A stretch of 38,785 bases of DNA from a virus (IMGVR_UViG_3300045988_184596:1-38785), one strand, 5' to 3'; positions 16,168-25,712 are shown, counted from the first letter of the stretch. Numbers and translations: made by a program. The notes: generated by a model from the sequence alone, not told the origin.

Positions 16168-16509
16168 CTACTTCACCCCATTCATCTGAGCTTTTAATTG
16201 AGCGATTTGTAACATTAATTGTGCGTTAATCTTTTCTTGCTCAGTCGGTACTGCTTTTGGTTCTTCAATTGTAGGTTTGTCTCCTTCTGCAACCTCAATC
16301 ACTTTACCTTCTACATATTTGTAGTTATATCTTCCGTATTTATCAACTAATCCGTTTTCTAGATATAGACCTTGAGCATGGGCATATTTATCTCCTTGCC
16401 CTTTGTCAATCTCTGTCATAGTTGACATTTCTTCTTCTGATAAGAAGATTTCTGAATTAATAGATGTAATGTTATTTTCTGAATCTTTATTAATATATAC
16501 TTTTACCAT
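16168..16509 (-). CDS. XkdW-like fibre-associated protein
   Basis: 113 aa directly upstream of the xkdX-like gene. AGGAG, 8 nt, then ATG. Confidence 0.4.
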   Translation of the reverse strand: MVKVYINKDSENNITSINSEIFLSEEEMSTMTEIDKGQGDKYAHAQGLYLENGLVDKYGRYNYKYVEGKVIEVAEGDKPTIEEPKAVPTEQEKINAQLMLQIAQLKAQMNGVK

Positions 16510-16520
16510 GTCTATTACTC

Positions 16521-17519
16521 CTATTCATCATCATAAATTTCTGCGTCTAGATTAATTCCACCGCCTACTTTAATTACATAACTAATAGTCGACCCTCCAC
16601 GTTGAGTTAATTTACTTAGCAATGCGCTTGAAGGTGTTAATGCTAACTCTTTGTAACTGTCTACGCTTGCATTAGTAATATCTTGACGTTCTAAATTGAT
16701 AGCGTCTGTGCTTGCTCCTGTATAAATCCATCCTTCTAAAGTTATATTACTTGAATCTACGGATGGTTTGGAAATTCTCATTGAATTAGCCTCCGGAATA
16801 TTAAGGTAAATTTTACTGTCTGAAAAAAAACCACTTCTAGCTCCGGTAATTGGTTGAAAATACCACATACATTTTTGATATTCTTCACTATAGATTGGAT
16901 GGATAAAAGCAGTAGCGTGTTTACCTTTTTCCAATTTAACCCATTCAATTGTACAAGCTCCATTCTGTGATGTAGTACCAAATCTGATGATACTTAATGG
17001 TGCATTTGAACCGTCAAGCGTTAACGTATGGATTCCATTTGTTGTGATTTCTTTTTTCCCAATGAGAGCGTCTTTACCATGAAGACTATCTCCTCCTTCT
17101 TTCATAGCTTCAAGTCTAAACGAACCTACAATAGAAGATACCTTTATCGAAATTGTAAATTCCTCATTTAATTCAGTCTCCAAGATTTGGCTTATATAAT
17201 TCTCTAAATTTCCTAGAGAGTTAGTTGTTGCGCTTCCACCTTTATAGCTTATCCCATTATCTAATTGCTTTACTGTTGTATTATAAATTTTCCATCTATC
17301 AAATGAATAATTATTTTCACTGTACGTTGTAAACCCACGTTGATTTACTTTAAAATCCGGATTAATCAATAAATTCGGATTGCTAAATTTAGTTCCTAGA
17401 TACTCTACAAGTTTTGATAATAAACCTTTTTTTAATCCTGCGCCATTGTGTACAGGCAATAGGCTATTATCTGTAAAGCTAGGCAATGCGTCTAATTCTG
17501 TTACTTGTTTTCCTGCCAT
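16521..17519 (-). CDS. receptor-binding / tail fibre distal protein
   Basis: AGGAGGAATAAC then ATG at 17517-17519 (MAGKQVTELDALP). The ..NLLINPDFKVNQRG.. start of a beta-rich domain is typical of fibre tips. Confidence 0.55.
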   Translation of the reverse strand: MAGKQVTELDALPSFTDNSLLPVHNGAGLKKGLLSKLVEYLGTKFSNPNLLINPDFKVNQRGFTTYSENNYSFDRWKIYNTTVKQLDNGISYKGGSATTNSLGNLENYISQILETELNEEFTISIKVSSIVGSFRLEAMKEGGDSLHGKDALIGKKEITTNGIHTLTLDGSNAPLSIIRFGTTSQNGACTIEWVKLEKGKHATAFIHPIYSEEYQKCMWYFQPITGARSGFFSDSKIYLNIPEANSMRISKPSVDSSNITLEGWIYTGASTDAINLERQDITNASVDSYKELALTPSSALLSKLTQRGGSTISYVIKVGGGINLDAEIYDDE

Positions 17520-17520
17520 G

Positions 17521-17766
17521 TTATTCCTCCTTGATTTTATATTTCCAATCCTTACCGACTTCTCCACTTGCGACCTCGTAAGACCAATCGGCTAGGATTG
17601 TATTTCCCTTTTCATCAACCAAATCTTGAGTGCTTGTTGCGTTCAAATTCGTGGTAAAGTGATTATTCATCACCATTTGATTCAATGCGTTATGTGATGT
17701 GGTTACAGACTTTATTTTCGAGACAAGCCACTGAATAGAAGCTTTGTCTTTGAATACGAAGGACAT
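17521..17766 (-). CDS. small fibre-module protein sharing a C-terminal domain with 19012..19821
   Basis: C-terminus NHFTT..LVDEKGNTILADWSYEVASGEVGKDWKYKIK is paralogous to the C-terminus of the 269-aa protein. Confidence 0.5.
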   Translation of the reverse strand: MSFVFKDKASIQWLVSKIKSVTTSHNALNQMVMNNHFTTNLNATSTQDLVDEKGNTILADWSYEVASGEVGKDWKYKIKEE

Positions 17767-17769
17767 ATG

Positions 17770-18378
17770 CTAACCCCACATTGTGTTTAAATCGTTTGTT
17801 GTAATCGCCGTTAATTCTGATTTCTTAACATACGCAGATAAATCAATGTCTGTATTACCAATCTTTTCATATGTCTTTGTCTCTGAAAGCCAAATATACT
17901 CATCATAAATATCTTGCGTGCCGTGTGAATGTGCTACCAAATAAATCACACCATTTGAACCTGTAGAAGGTAAGCTAGTTACCTTTTCATATCTAATAGA
18001 TGTAATGTTACCGACTGCCGAATTAATCAATGATTGTACTTGTGATTGCGTTTGATATCCTTTACCTGTAACAATCGAGTCTACATTTGCTTTTGTCTGA
18101 TATCCACTATCGTTTGTAAGTTGTGAAGTTTTTGTAGGTACTGAAATATCTACGGCTTTTGAGCTTGGCGTTAATTTCGTACCATTTACCTTTACAGACT
18201 CAATCACATTCGCTTGAGCACCACTTGCGATACCACTTAACTTTTGCTTTTCTGCGCTTGTGTAGTCATTTGTTGATAAGCCTTTACCACTTACAACATC
18301 AACTTTCCCACCCAATGCAGATTTAATTTTGCTAATCAAGAGCGTTAGTCCACTCTTATCTAAATATTCAATAGCTAT
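17770..18378 (-). CDS. tail fibre protein; proposed ATA start at 18376-18378
   Basis: IAIEYLDKSGLTLLISKIKSAL plus the GKGLSTNDYTSAEKQKLSGI fibre-repeat motif. TAGGAGG, 7 nt, then ATA GCT. 13 conserved codons precede the ORF-track TTG. Confidence 0.7.
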   Translation of the reverse strand: MAIEYLDKSGLTLLISKIKSALGGKVDVVSGKGLSTNDYTSAEKQKLSGIASGAQANVIESVKVNGTKLTPSSKAVDISVPTKTSQLTNDSGYQTKANVDSIVTGKGYQTQSQVQSLINSAVGNITSIRYEKVTSLPSTGSNGVIYLVAHSHGTQDIYDEYIWLSETKTYEKIGNTDIDLSAYVKKSELTAITTNDLNTMWG

Positions 18379-18389
18379 TCTTTTTCCTC

Positions 18390-18719
18390 CTATAGACTAT
18401 TCCATAATTCATCTAGTTCGGTTGTTGATACAGATGTCACAGAACCTTCTGCCATAGCTCCAATATCTTCCGGAGTATATACCGGTCTTGTTTCTGCTTT
18501 AGCCCACGTTGGAACTGTTGGGTCTATTTCTTCAACCTCTCCAATGATTTCATTACCATTTAATTTAGGCTTGTTCTTTAGCTTGTTGTAATCACTTGTA
18601 CCTTCAACAAACTTCTCATCTAAGCCTAAAGTTAATGTTTCTTTATCTTCATTGATTTCAATTTGAAGCTTGTCTGATTCATCCTCTATATTCATTTGAA
18701 TATCTTTCATTAGAATCAT
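18390..18719 (-). CDS. hypothetical fibre-module protein
   Basis: 109-aa ORF. ATGA overlap. Confidence 0.5.
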   Translation of the reverse strand: MILMKDIQMNIEDESDKLQIEINEDKETLTLGLDEKFVEGTSDYNKLKNKPKLNGNEIIGEVEEIDPTVPTWAKAETRPVYTPEDIGAMAEGSVTSVSTTELDELWNSL

Positions 18720-19015
18720 GTAATCACTTCCTTATTCAATACTCTATATACCTTTGTTGTCTTGATAGGAGAAGCAATAGCAACTCCGCCTTTTGTAATC
18801 ATTCTTAATTGAATGTTACAAGTTCCCTCTTTGAAATTGAGCGTTTCTTCTTGGCTTAACAACACTGAAATAGTATTTCCTTCAATGTCTAAATCACTTG
18901 ATTCTTTTTTCAAGATATATCCGTTCTGTTCAAATACCACATAGATATTCTGCATTTCATTTAAATCAATATCATTTATTGTGATTTGAATTGTTGGCGT
19001 AGTTCCTTGTCTCAT
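18716..19015 (-). CDS. hypothetical beta-rich fibre-module protein
   Basis: AAGGTGAAATC then ATG at 19013-19015 (ATGA overlap). MRQGTTPTIQITINDIDL.. Confidence 0.5.
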   Translation of the reverse strand: MRQGTTPTIQITINDIDLNEMQNIYVVFEQNGYILKKESSDLDIEGNTISVLLSQEETLNFKEGTCNIQLRMITKGGVAIASPIKTTKVYRVLNKEVIT

Positions 19016-19821
19016 GATTTCACCTTGTAAGTCCAATCTTTACCTACTTCACCTTTATCAACTTCATACGCCCAATCTGCTAGAATCTCATGACCATTCT
19101 CATCCACTAATGTTCCATCTTCTGTTAATAGAATTGTAGTGAAATGATTCTCCATAATCATCTTTTCAATATTGGAAATTCTGTTCGATAGCTTTCCTGC
19201 CGTATTTGCGTCTAACGTATCTTTTACAGTTTCAAACCAATCATTGAACTCTGTTCTATTCGCATTCATTTCAGATTCATTCTGAGTTTTAATTTCTTTG
19301 AATAACTCAGTAACTTGAGTGAATAAATCCAACGATTGTACGCTCTTAATAGCGCTTGTAACTGCTCCACAACGTGTAGAATCTAATCTTGTATCAGTAA
19401 TATCTGAACCTTTAACTTCGCTTGCGTTTCCTGTCACCGTTACCGTAGCTAATACTAAATCGTAAATAGAATCACTTCTTGTGATTCCATCATTAATATC
19501 ACTTGCTACTAAGGTAATGTTTCTGTATGCGTCATTATCATTCAATCTAAGAATAATATTGTAGCTTTTAGTAGCGCTATTCTTTTCTAGTGTGATGGTT
19601 TCGTCATCTTTCTGCCAATAGAACGCTCCATTAATATTTGCTCGTCCTGCCTTAACTGTAAGTGTTAAGCCTTGAGCTTTCTCAACTCTTAAATGGTCTG
19701 AACTAGAATCATCTACGAATACGCCATTTGTAAAGTAGCTTGAGAATAATCTTCTAAAAGCGTAATATAATACTAATCTATCGCCATTTCTTGATACAAA
19801 TGGAAAATATGTAGTTGCTAT
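19012..19821 (-). CDS. virion structural / fibre-anchor protein; proposed ATA start at 19819-19821
   Basis: Frame open for 92 codons upstream of the ORF-track TTG, encoding IATTYFPFVSRNGDRLVLYYAFRRLFSSYFTNGVFV... ATA GCA overlaps the portal stop (ATAG). Confidence 0.7.
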   Translation of the reverse strand: MATTYFPFVSRNGDRLVLYYAFRRLFSSYFTNGVFVDDSSSDHLRVEKAQGLTLTVKAGRANINGAFYWQKDDETITLEKNSATKSYNIILRLNDNDAYRNITLVASDINDGITRSDSIYDLVLATVTVTGNASEVKGSDITDTRLDSTRCGAVTSAIKSVQSLDLFTQVTELFKEIKTQNESEMNANRTEFNDWFETVKDTLDANTAGKLSNRISNIEKMIMENHFTTILLTEDGTLVDENGHEILADWAYEVDKGEVGKDWTYKVKS

Positions 19822-21221
19822 TCTTCGTCATCCCCCTCTCCATCATCTTGAATTTCTTCATTTAATAACTCCGTTGCTTCTTCTTCAGTAAAGCCGTATT
19901 GTTTCATGAAGTACATGATTTTTAATCTTGGAATATCAAATGTTAATGCGTCATTTCTTAACGCTTGTGCGGTACTTTGTTTATCCTCGATATATGTATC
20001 GTCATAATCAATTGCAATATCTAATGAATTGATATTAAGCTTTCTGCCTTGTGTTAATTCATAGAAGTATGCTATTGCTTGAATGATATCTTGAATATAT
20101 GCAGTAGATTCTTTACGTTGTGAATTTACTTCTTTCATTGCGTCTTGATTTTCGCCGATATATTCTGTAGCCGTTACGATTCTTCCACTTTCAAACGTGT
20201 ATTTTTTTGTACCGAATCCAAACATCATTGATAAGATACTTAACGCAGTTTCTAACGATTGCACAACCTCTTGAGTTCTAACTGTTGGATTGTATTCTTG
20301 CCATAAAGCTTTTTCTTCCGGAAGCTTATCTCTACCTAACTGAACGAATATCTTTTTCATTTGTGGATTCATCTTAATCTTTCCATTCTCGTCTTTCTGC
20401 ATTAATGCTTCATTCACAAGAACGATTTTATCTGATTTCAACAAATCACGATTCCACATTGTCATTGTTAAATCGATTGTTTTCAATGGAGCAATTGCGC
20501 TCCAAATCTTCGGCAAGCCGTAACCTTGCATTTGTAAGTTGTTTACCTTTGCGTTTCTCATAATTGCAAACGGCTTTACAACATCTAATTGAACAATCTG
20601 AGCACGGTCTTTTATTTCTTCGCCTGTATCTTTGAAGTAATGTGTTTCTGCAATGTATCTTTCGTCTTGTCCTTTTAAGAACATGACCATCACATATACT
20701 TTTTTTAACTTCTCATAATTTACTCCAACGAAAGCAACTTCCACAATTTCATCATTGATAACAGTTAATGGAAGGATATTCATTGAATCACAATAGTTGA
20801 TTCTGATTTCTCCTCCACTGAATGTACCATCTTCATAAATCTCGGCATTTGATACCGTCACATAAGCTCCTACCGTACCATTTGCAGACATTTGCTCAAC
20901 TTGTTTCCTGTACATTACATCAAATCTATTCTTCGTTAGAATGTCTGAGATAATGTCATTTGTAACGCTATCCTCTGTAGCGTTTATATCTAGGATTTCA
21001 ATTAAGTTTGCGTCATCCTCGCATAAACGCTTTGCGAAGTCTGTTTTGTCTAGCGTGTATTCCTCATTGTTCAAGGTATATGCCGTATGAAATTCTGTTT
21101 CGGTATTTGTGTACCACTTGTTACACAATTCAATAATCTCAATTGCGTTAGTATCTACATAATACCCTCTTTCGTTAAGGTAGTTTTGAAACCACGGTCT
21201 ACGTGTGTTAGATGTTTCTAT
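19818..21221 (-). CDS. portal protein; proposed ATA start at 21219-21221
   Basis: Size and position after TerL. Frame open for 31 codons upstream of the ORF-track TTG. AAGGAGGT, 5 nt, then ATA immediately after the TerL stop. Confidence 0.8.
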   Translation of the reverse strand: METSNTRRPWFQNYLNERGYYVDTNAIEIIELCNKWYTNTETEFHTAYTLNNEEYTLDKTDFAKRLCEDDANLIEILDINATEDSVTNDIISDILTKNRFDVMYRKQVEQMSANGTVGAYVTVSNAEIYEDGTFSGGEIRINYCDSMNILPLTVINDEIVEVAFVGVNYEKLKKVYVMVMFLKGQDERYIAETHYFKDTGEEIKDRAQIVQLDVVKPFAIMRNAKVNNLQMQGYGLPKIWSAIAPLKTIDLTMTMWNRDLLKSDKIVLVNEALMQKDENGKIKMNPQMKKIFVQLGRDKLPEEKALWQEYNPTVRTQEVVQSLETALSILSMMFGFGTKKYTFESGRIVTATEYIGENQDAMKEVNSQRKESTAYIQDIIQAIAYFYELTQGRKLNINSLDIAIDYDDTYIEDKQSTAQALRNDALTFDIPRLKIMYFMKQYGFTEEEATELLNEEIQDDGEGDDEE

Positions 21222-21224
21222 TTC

Positions 21225-22562
21225 TTACCTCCTTAAATCTATATATCCACTATGTGTGATAAATGTATAGCAGAACGAATCCCAATCATCATTGATATTG
21301 TTTACGTTCTCATCTTTTGGAATGTCTTTCTTTTCATCCCATACTAATTCGCTCAATACGTTTATTAAATTCTTACAATGTTCCTCTATCTTTAACCTTC
21401 CCGTAACAAGTAAGCTATCAACTGTTATAGGACGGTCTGTAAGCTCATTCTTCTTAACTGGTGCAATTATACTTCCGTCTAATCCTTCGGCGTAAAAATA
21501 AGCTCTAAGCGTGTTTATCAACGTATTAGAAGCACTGTCCGGAAATATCCATTCTACATATCCGTAACATTCAATACAACGCTTATAGAATCTTACAAAT
21601 GCTTTGCAGAACTTTGTTGCGTCTATTGCATTTGACTTTGCCATGTCGCCTTCATCAAGTGCCCACATATAATCCCAATCATTTGTGAACCCTGTTAAAT
21701 GCCATGAATACTTTGAGCCATTGTCTCCAAAGTCAACACCTATGATTAAATGACTAAACCTTTTTCCTTTTTCTTTCATCTTTTCTTTTAGACTCTGATA
21801 TTTGAATAGGTAAGGTTTGCAGTCATTTGCAAAATAAGGGAATACAAGTCCTTCGGCAACCATTCTTTCACCTAGAATATCTCGCTTGTACCATACTGAA
21901 TTCATATCATATTTGTTTTGGATTTCTTCGATTCTTTCTTGGCTCATTGTAGCATTGTCAAAAATGTTGAAGTGCTCATATCTGTACCAATCTAACCCCA
22001 TGAATTTATCTATGTAATTCTTATAAATGTCTGCGTTTGGGTTTGATGGGTTTAAATCCCATAATGTAAATGGATGTACACTTGCAATCTGTCTTGCCAT
22101 TGCTACCTTGATAAAGCTTGTTCTAGAATCCTCACAATCGTAATGCTCATTTATTTCGGTGGCAATCCATCCTCCATATGAGTTACCTAATATGCTCTTA
22201 TATGAATCAGACTTCCCACCACCTGTGAATATAACAATCTTTTCGCCTGTCTTTGTTTGAATAAATAGTGCTTCGTTTGATTTGTATTTACCCCAACGAC
22301 AACGTCCACGAAAGATATGCTCTAAGCCGAAACCATTGCAATCACCTATATTTAATTTCGCATTTGGTAAGCTTGAACCACTCGCTAAATGTATTTTATC
22401 TTCACATGTTTCTAAATACATTGAAAAGATTATGCAGTGGTCAATCGTTTTACCACTTCGTACCGCTCCTTCTGCTACACTTTGTTTGTAATTTAGGGCG
22501 GTCTTAATATAGTTCTTGTGTTTATCTGAAAATTTCCCCCAAGGAATCGTTCTAGTCATCAT
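21225..22562 (-). CDS. terL: terminase large subunit
   Basis: Walker A GAVRSGKT. 445 aa. ATG coupled to the TerS stop. Confidence 0.9.
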   Translation of the reverse strand: MMTRTIPWGKFSDKHKNYIKTALNYKQSVAEGAVRSGKTIDHCIIFSMYLETCEDKIHLASGSSLPNAKLNIGDCNGFGLEHIFRGRCRWGKYKSNEALFIQTKTGEKIVIFTGGGKSDSYKSILGNSYGGWIATEINEHYDCEDSRTSFIKVAMARQIASVHPFTLWDLNPSNPNADIYKNYIDKFMGLDWYRYEHFNIFDNATMSQERIEEIQNKYDMNSVWYKRDILGERMVAEGLVFPYFANDCKPYLFKYQSLKEKMKEKGKRFSHLIIGVDFGDNGSKYSWHLTGFTNDWDYMWALDEGDMAKSNAIDATKFCKAFVRFYKRCIECYGYVEWIFPDSASNTLINTLRAYFYAEGLDGSIIAPVKKNELTDRPITVDSLLVTGRLKIEEHCKNLINVLSELVWDEKKDIPKDENVNNINDDWDSFCYTFITHSGYIDLRR

Positions 22563-22900
22563 TTTAATAAATCTGCCAAAGGTGTTAAATCCTCAATCTC
22601 ATGTGTCATTGTTTGCTCAACCTTTTCGGTCTGTCCAAGCATTTGTTTACCTAACCAAATAAGCATGGTCGTATTCCCTTTTGAAGCTTTGTCAAATTGC
22701 ATACGTCTTAAACTTCTTTTTGAGTGGCTTATACCTTTTTTATATGTCTGACAAAACTTTCTATTTCTTAATAATGTTCTTACCGAACATCCTAGGAAAT
22801 CTGCAATTTCTTCTTGAGTACATCCAATAGAAGCAAGCTTTTCAACTGCTTCATAATCAATCTTTATTCTTGGGCGTCCTCCTGCGTGTTTCTCTGCTAT
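22559..22900 (-). CDS. terS: terminase small subunit; proposed ATA start at 22898-22900 (ORF-track ATG at 22922-22924 lacks an SD)
   Basis: AEKHAGGRPRIKIDYEAVEKLASIGCTQEEIADFLG HTH. GGGGGT, 6 nt, then ATA GCA, starting 1 nt after the stop of 22902..23051. Confidence 0.7.
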   Translation of the reverse strand: MAEKHAGGRPRIKIDYEAVEKLASIGCTQEEIADFLGCSVRTLLRNRKFCQTYKKGISHSKRSLRRMQFDKASKGNTTMLIWLGKQMLGQTEKVEQTMTHEIEDLTPLADLLK

Positions 22901-22901
22901 T

Positions 22902-23051
22902 TTAATACCCCCTATAACAATCATATTGATTCAATTGCTTTTTAAGCCTTTGTAATCTTTTTCTTAAGTCTCTTTTTCTATATTCTGATGTAGTGTTTTC
23001 TAATTCTTCTTCAACGCTTTTCATTTGGCGTAAATGTTCTTCTCTAGACAT
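22902..23051 (-). CDS. 49-aa coiled-coil protein
   Basis: My translation: MSREEHLRQMKSVEEELENTTSEYRKRDLRKRLQRLKKQLNQYDCYRGY. The ATG overlaps the end of the radical SAM gene. Confidence 0.4.
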   Translation of the reverse strand: MSREEHLRQMKSVEEELENTTSEYRKRDLRKRLQRLKKQLNQYDCYRGY

Positions 23052-24351
23052 GTCTTGCTTCTTCTGTTTCAAGTTCTGTAATCTCCTCTGTTCTTTTTAA
23101 GAATGTTACTGAATTATCATATTCGTAAATGATGTCATTATTTTCATCAAATCCTACAGGCTTTAGAACCTTTTCAAAAATCTTATAAGGTGATTGTCCT
23201 GCTTTTGGTGAATTCCATAAATAATGCAGATAATCTTTCATTGTCATTCCTGCATATTTCGCCCTAGCTTCTGATGTATTTGTATTGAAACCAACCGCTT
23301 TGTTACGCTCAAAGTCTAAGAAGTACATATCCTTTTCAATATCTTTCCAATGTACTCTTCCATGTTTCTTTGCAATTTGTAAAGCTCCACTAAAGTTTCC
23401 TCTTGAGTAATCCCAATTCTTATTTAATGCACAACAACAACAATTATTTGAGCATTCTTTAAAGTGTGCGTCTGATACATAGAATCGCATACCTAATTCA
23501 TCACATAGCTCTTTCATCTTTTGAATGTATTTAGCCTTTACTTTTCTGTTAAGTCTTAAATATCCACTTCCATTTGAATGTTTTCTATAGAAATCTACAA
23601 TATCAAACCCTGCACATTCACTAATCACATCATAATGCTCCTTAGCTTGTTTAATAGAGCGCATTTCTAAGCAAAAGAACTCTGTAGTAACCGCAGTAGC
23701 TCCTGCCTTTTTGGCTTCTCTAATTAAATCTAGATAGGTTTTATCTGATACTCCTACAATAAACGGACGCAATCTTAAAGTTGCACCACCTTTTGATAGT
23801 TCAGTATATTTTTTCATTGCTTCAAGTCTTTTTCTTGGACTTGGAACACCTACTTCGATTTTTCTCGCGTCCTCTTCATCTAGTGTGATGATACTAAACT
23901 TAACATTCCAATTGTCTGCACCTTTGAATAATTCTTGATATTTAGGGTCGTTAAATACCCATGCCGATTTCGTACTAAAACAGATAGGATAGTTAATAGA
24001 TTTCAAATATTTTAGCATTTCATAGGTTTTACCATATTTCTTTTCATATCCGTCGAATTGGTCTGATAAACCACCATATTGAATAGGACGTCTGTCTTTA
24101 ATGTATTTATAGAATTGCGATTTTGTATCTTCTCCACTGAAAATCTTTTTGCATTTCTCAACATTGATACATTTCACATCTTTATTAAGATATGCTTCTT
24201 TACTTGCACCAATACCTCTTTGATATTGGCTAAAACAATAAACACATCCAAATGAACAGTTGGAATATGTATCAAATGTTACCGGTAATGAGCAATCCGC
24301 AATTTCTCCTGTCCATCTTGGTGATTGATATGTCTCACTGATTTTATTCAC
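23044..24351 (-). CDS. radical SAM protein (SplB / COG1533 DNA-photolyase-like fold) with a C-terminal Cys cluster
   Basis: CSFGCVYC = CxxxCxxC near the N-terminus. Later CSNNCCCC. GGAGGA, 6 nt, then GTG. Confidence 0.7.
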   Translation of the reverse strand: MNKISETYQSPRWTGEIADCSLPVTFDTYSNCSFGCVYCFSQYQRGIGASKEAYLNKDVKCINVEKCKKIFSGEDTKSQFYKYIKDRRPIQYGGLSDQFDGYEKKYGKTYEMLKYLKSINYPICFSTKSAWVFNDPKYQELFKGADNWNVKFSIITLDEEDARKIEVGVPSPRKRLEAMKKYTELSKGGATLRLRPFIVGVSDKTYLDLIREAKKAGATAVTTEFFCLEMRSIKQAKEHYDVISECAGFDIVDFYRKHSNGSGYLRLNRKVKAKYIQKMKELCDELGMRFYVSDAHFKECSNNCCCCALNKNWDYSRGNFSGALQIAKKHGRVHWKDIEKDMYFLDFERNKAVGFNTNTSEARAKYAGMTMKDYLHYLWNSPKAGQSPYKIFEKVLKPVGFDENNDIIYEYDNSVTFLKRTEEITELETEEARHV

Positions 24352-24352
24352 C

Positions 24353-25120
24353 TTATATCCTCCATTTTCTTTTAATAATTAAGTTATTTCCTCTAATTGT
24401 TACCATGTCATCATATTTTCTTTTCAATAAATTTAGATATTGCTTTTGTAGGTTTGTAGTTTTATATATTTCATAATATCCACCTTTTTCTTTTCCCATT
24501 CTTGCTTTATTTGCAATAATGGTGTTATTGCGTGCTATAATTTGTCCTTGCCTTATTAATCTAAGACATAACTCATAATCATCTAAGATTTTCATTTTTT
24601 CATCATATGCAATCTTGTTATTTTTTATAATGAAATTAAATCCGCCTTGTAAAAGCGTGTTATATGAATATTGTTCACCTGTCCTATTTAGCTTTGAAAT
24701 GTTCATTTTATTATCGGTTGATATTACACCGGCATAATTGATTCCGTTTTTTTGCATAAAATCAAATATCTTTTTAACTTCACGCTCAAAGTTATTTGTC
24801 AAATTTATTAAACGCCCACATTTAGTTTCTGAACATTCATGCCATTTTTGAAAGCTCCTTATATCATCATCTAACAATAGTATTTTTGAACCATCTTCAA
24901 ATTGATTTAGGCATGTATTCCTATTGAATGATACATACATACCTTCTCTTAAAATGATTCTCGCTCGGCTTCCTAAATTCTGCCTGTAAGCTTTATAATC
25001 ATTTGAATCATTTAAACATACAACGATTCTTTCATCTTCAATCCCACATTCTTTTAGTGCGTGATATGTTTTACATTTTGGTCTATGGTAACTAGCTATT
25101 GCATAATAGATGTTATTCAT
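24353..25120 (-). CDS. GT-A-like (DXD) nucleotide-sugar transferase-like protein
   Basis: N-terminal YAIASYHRP resembles the GT2 IPxYNR motif. ILLLDDDI is a DXD motif. Confidence 0.4.
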   Translation of the reverse strand: MNNIYYAIASYHRPKCKTYHALKECGIEDERIVVCLNDSNDYKAYRQNLGSRARIILREGMYVSFNRNTCLNQFEDGSKILLLDDDIRSFQKWHECSETKCGRLINLTNNFEREVKKIFDFMQKNGINYAGVISTDNKMNISKLNRTGEQYSYNTLLQGGFNFIIKNNKIAYDEKMKILDDYELCLRLIRQGQIIARNNTIIANKARMGKEKGGYYEIYKTTNLQKQYLNLLKRKYDDMVTIRGNNLIIKRKWRI

Positions 25121-25694
25121 GCATTAATTCCTTGATGTCGTAGCACACTTTTAATTCAGTTACCTGCAAGAGTTTCTCTAAGAATAGTTGCTCTTCCTCT
25201 GTTTCATATGTAATGATTACACGTTGCTTTTTTAACATATCTTCAGAATGCTCACTAAACATATCCATAAGCTCGTTATCATATCCTTCTGCTTCCATAT
25301 CCTCAGTTAATGCACTAATCTCAAAATCGCCGAATCCGAAATCTCTCATATCGATTCCGTCAATCTCTTCAAGCTCTTCCATTTCTGTTTTTAATGCGTC
25401 TAAATCCCACGAAGCTTTTTCTGCCGTTTTATTATCTGCAATTCTAAATGCTTTTACTTGCTCATCTGTTAAATCATCTGCAACCACACAAGGAACAGTT
25501 TCTAAGCCTAATTCTTGACTAGCTTTATATCGTGTATGACCTGCAACAATAACTCCATCTTTATCAATAACAATAGGAACTTTGAAACCGAATTCCTCAA
25601 TAGAATTTTTAACAAATTTCACCGCTCCATCATTGATTCTAGGGTTATTCTCATAAGGTTTTAGCTCATTTAATCTTTTTTCAACAATATTCAT
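25113..25694 (-). CDS. ParB N-terminal-domain (ParB/Srx fold) protein lacking the usual methyltransferase fusion
   Basis: AAGGAGGAGAAT then ATG at 25692-25694. LKPYENNPR...IVAGHTRYKASQELGLETVPCVV..FRIADNK. Confidence 0.7.
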   Translation of the reverse strand: MNIVEKRLNELKPYENNPRINDGAVKFVKNSIEEFGFKVPIVIDKDGVIVAGHTRYKASQELGLETVPCVVADDLTDEQVKAFRIADNKTAEKASWDLDALKTEMEELEEIDGIDMRDFGFGDFEISALTEDMEAEGYDNELMDMFSEHSEDMLKKQRVIITYETEEEQLFLEKLLQVTELKVCYDIKELMHE

Positions 25695-25712
25695 ATTCTC
25701 CTCCTTATTATT

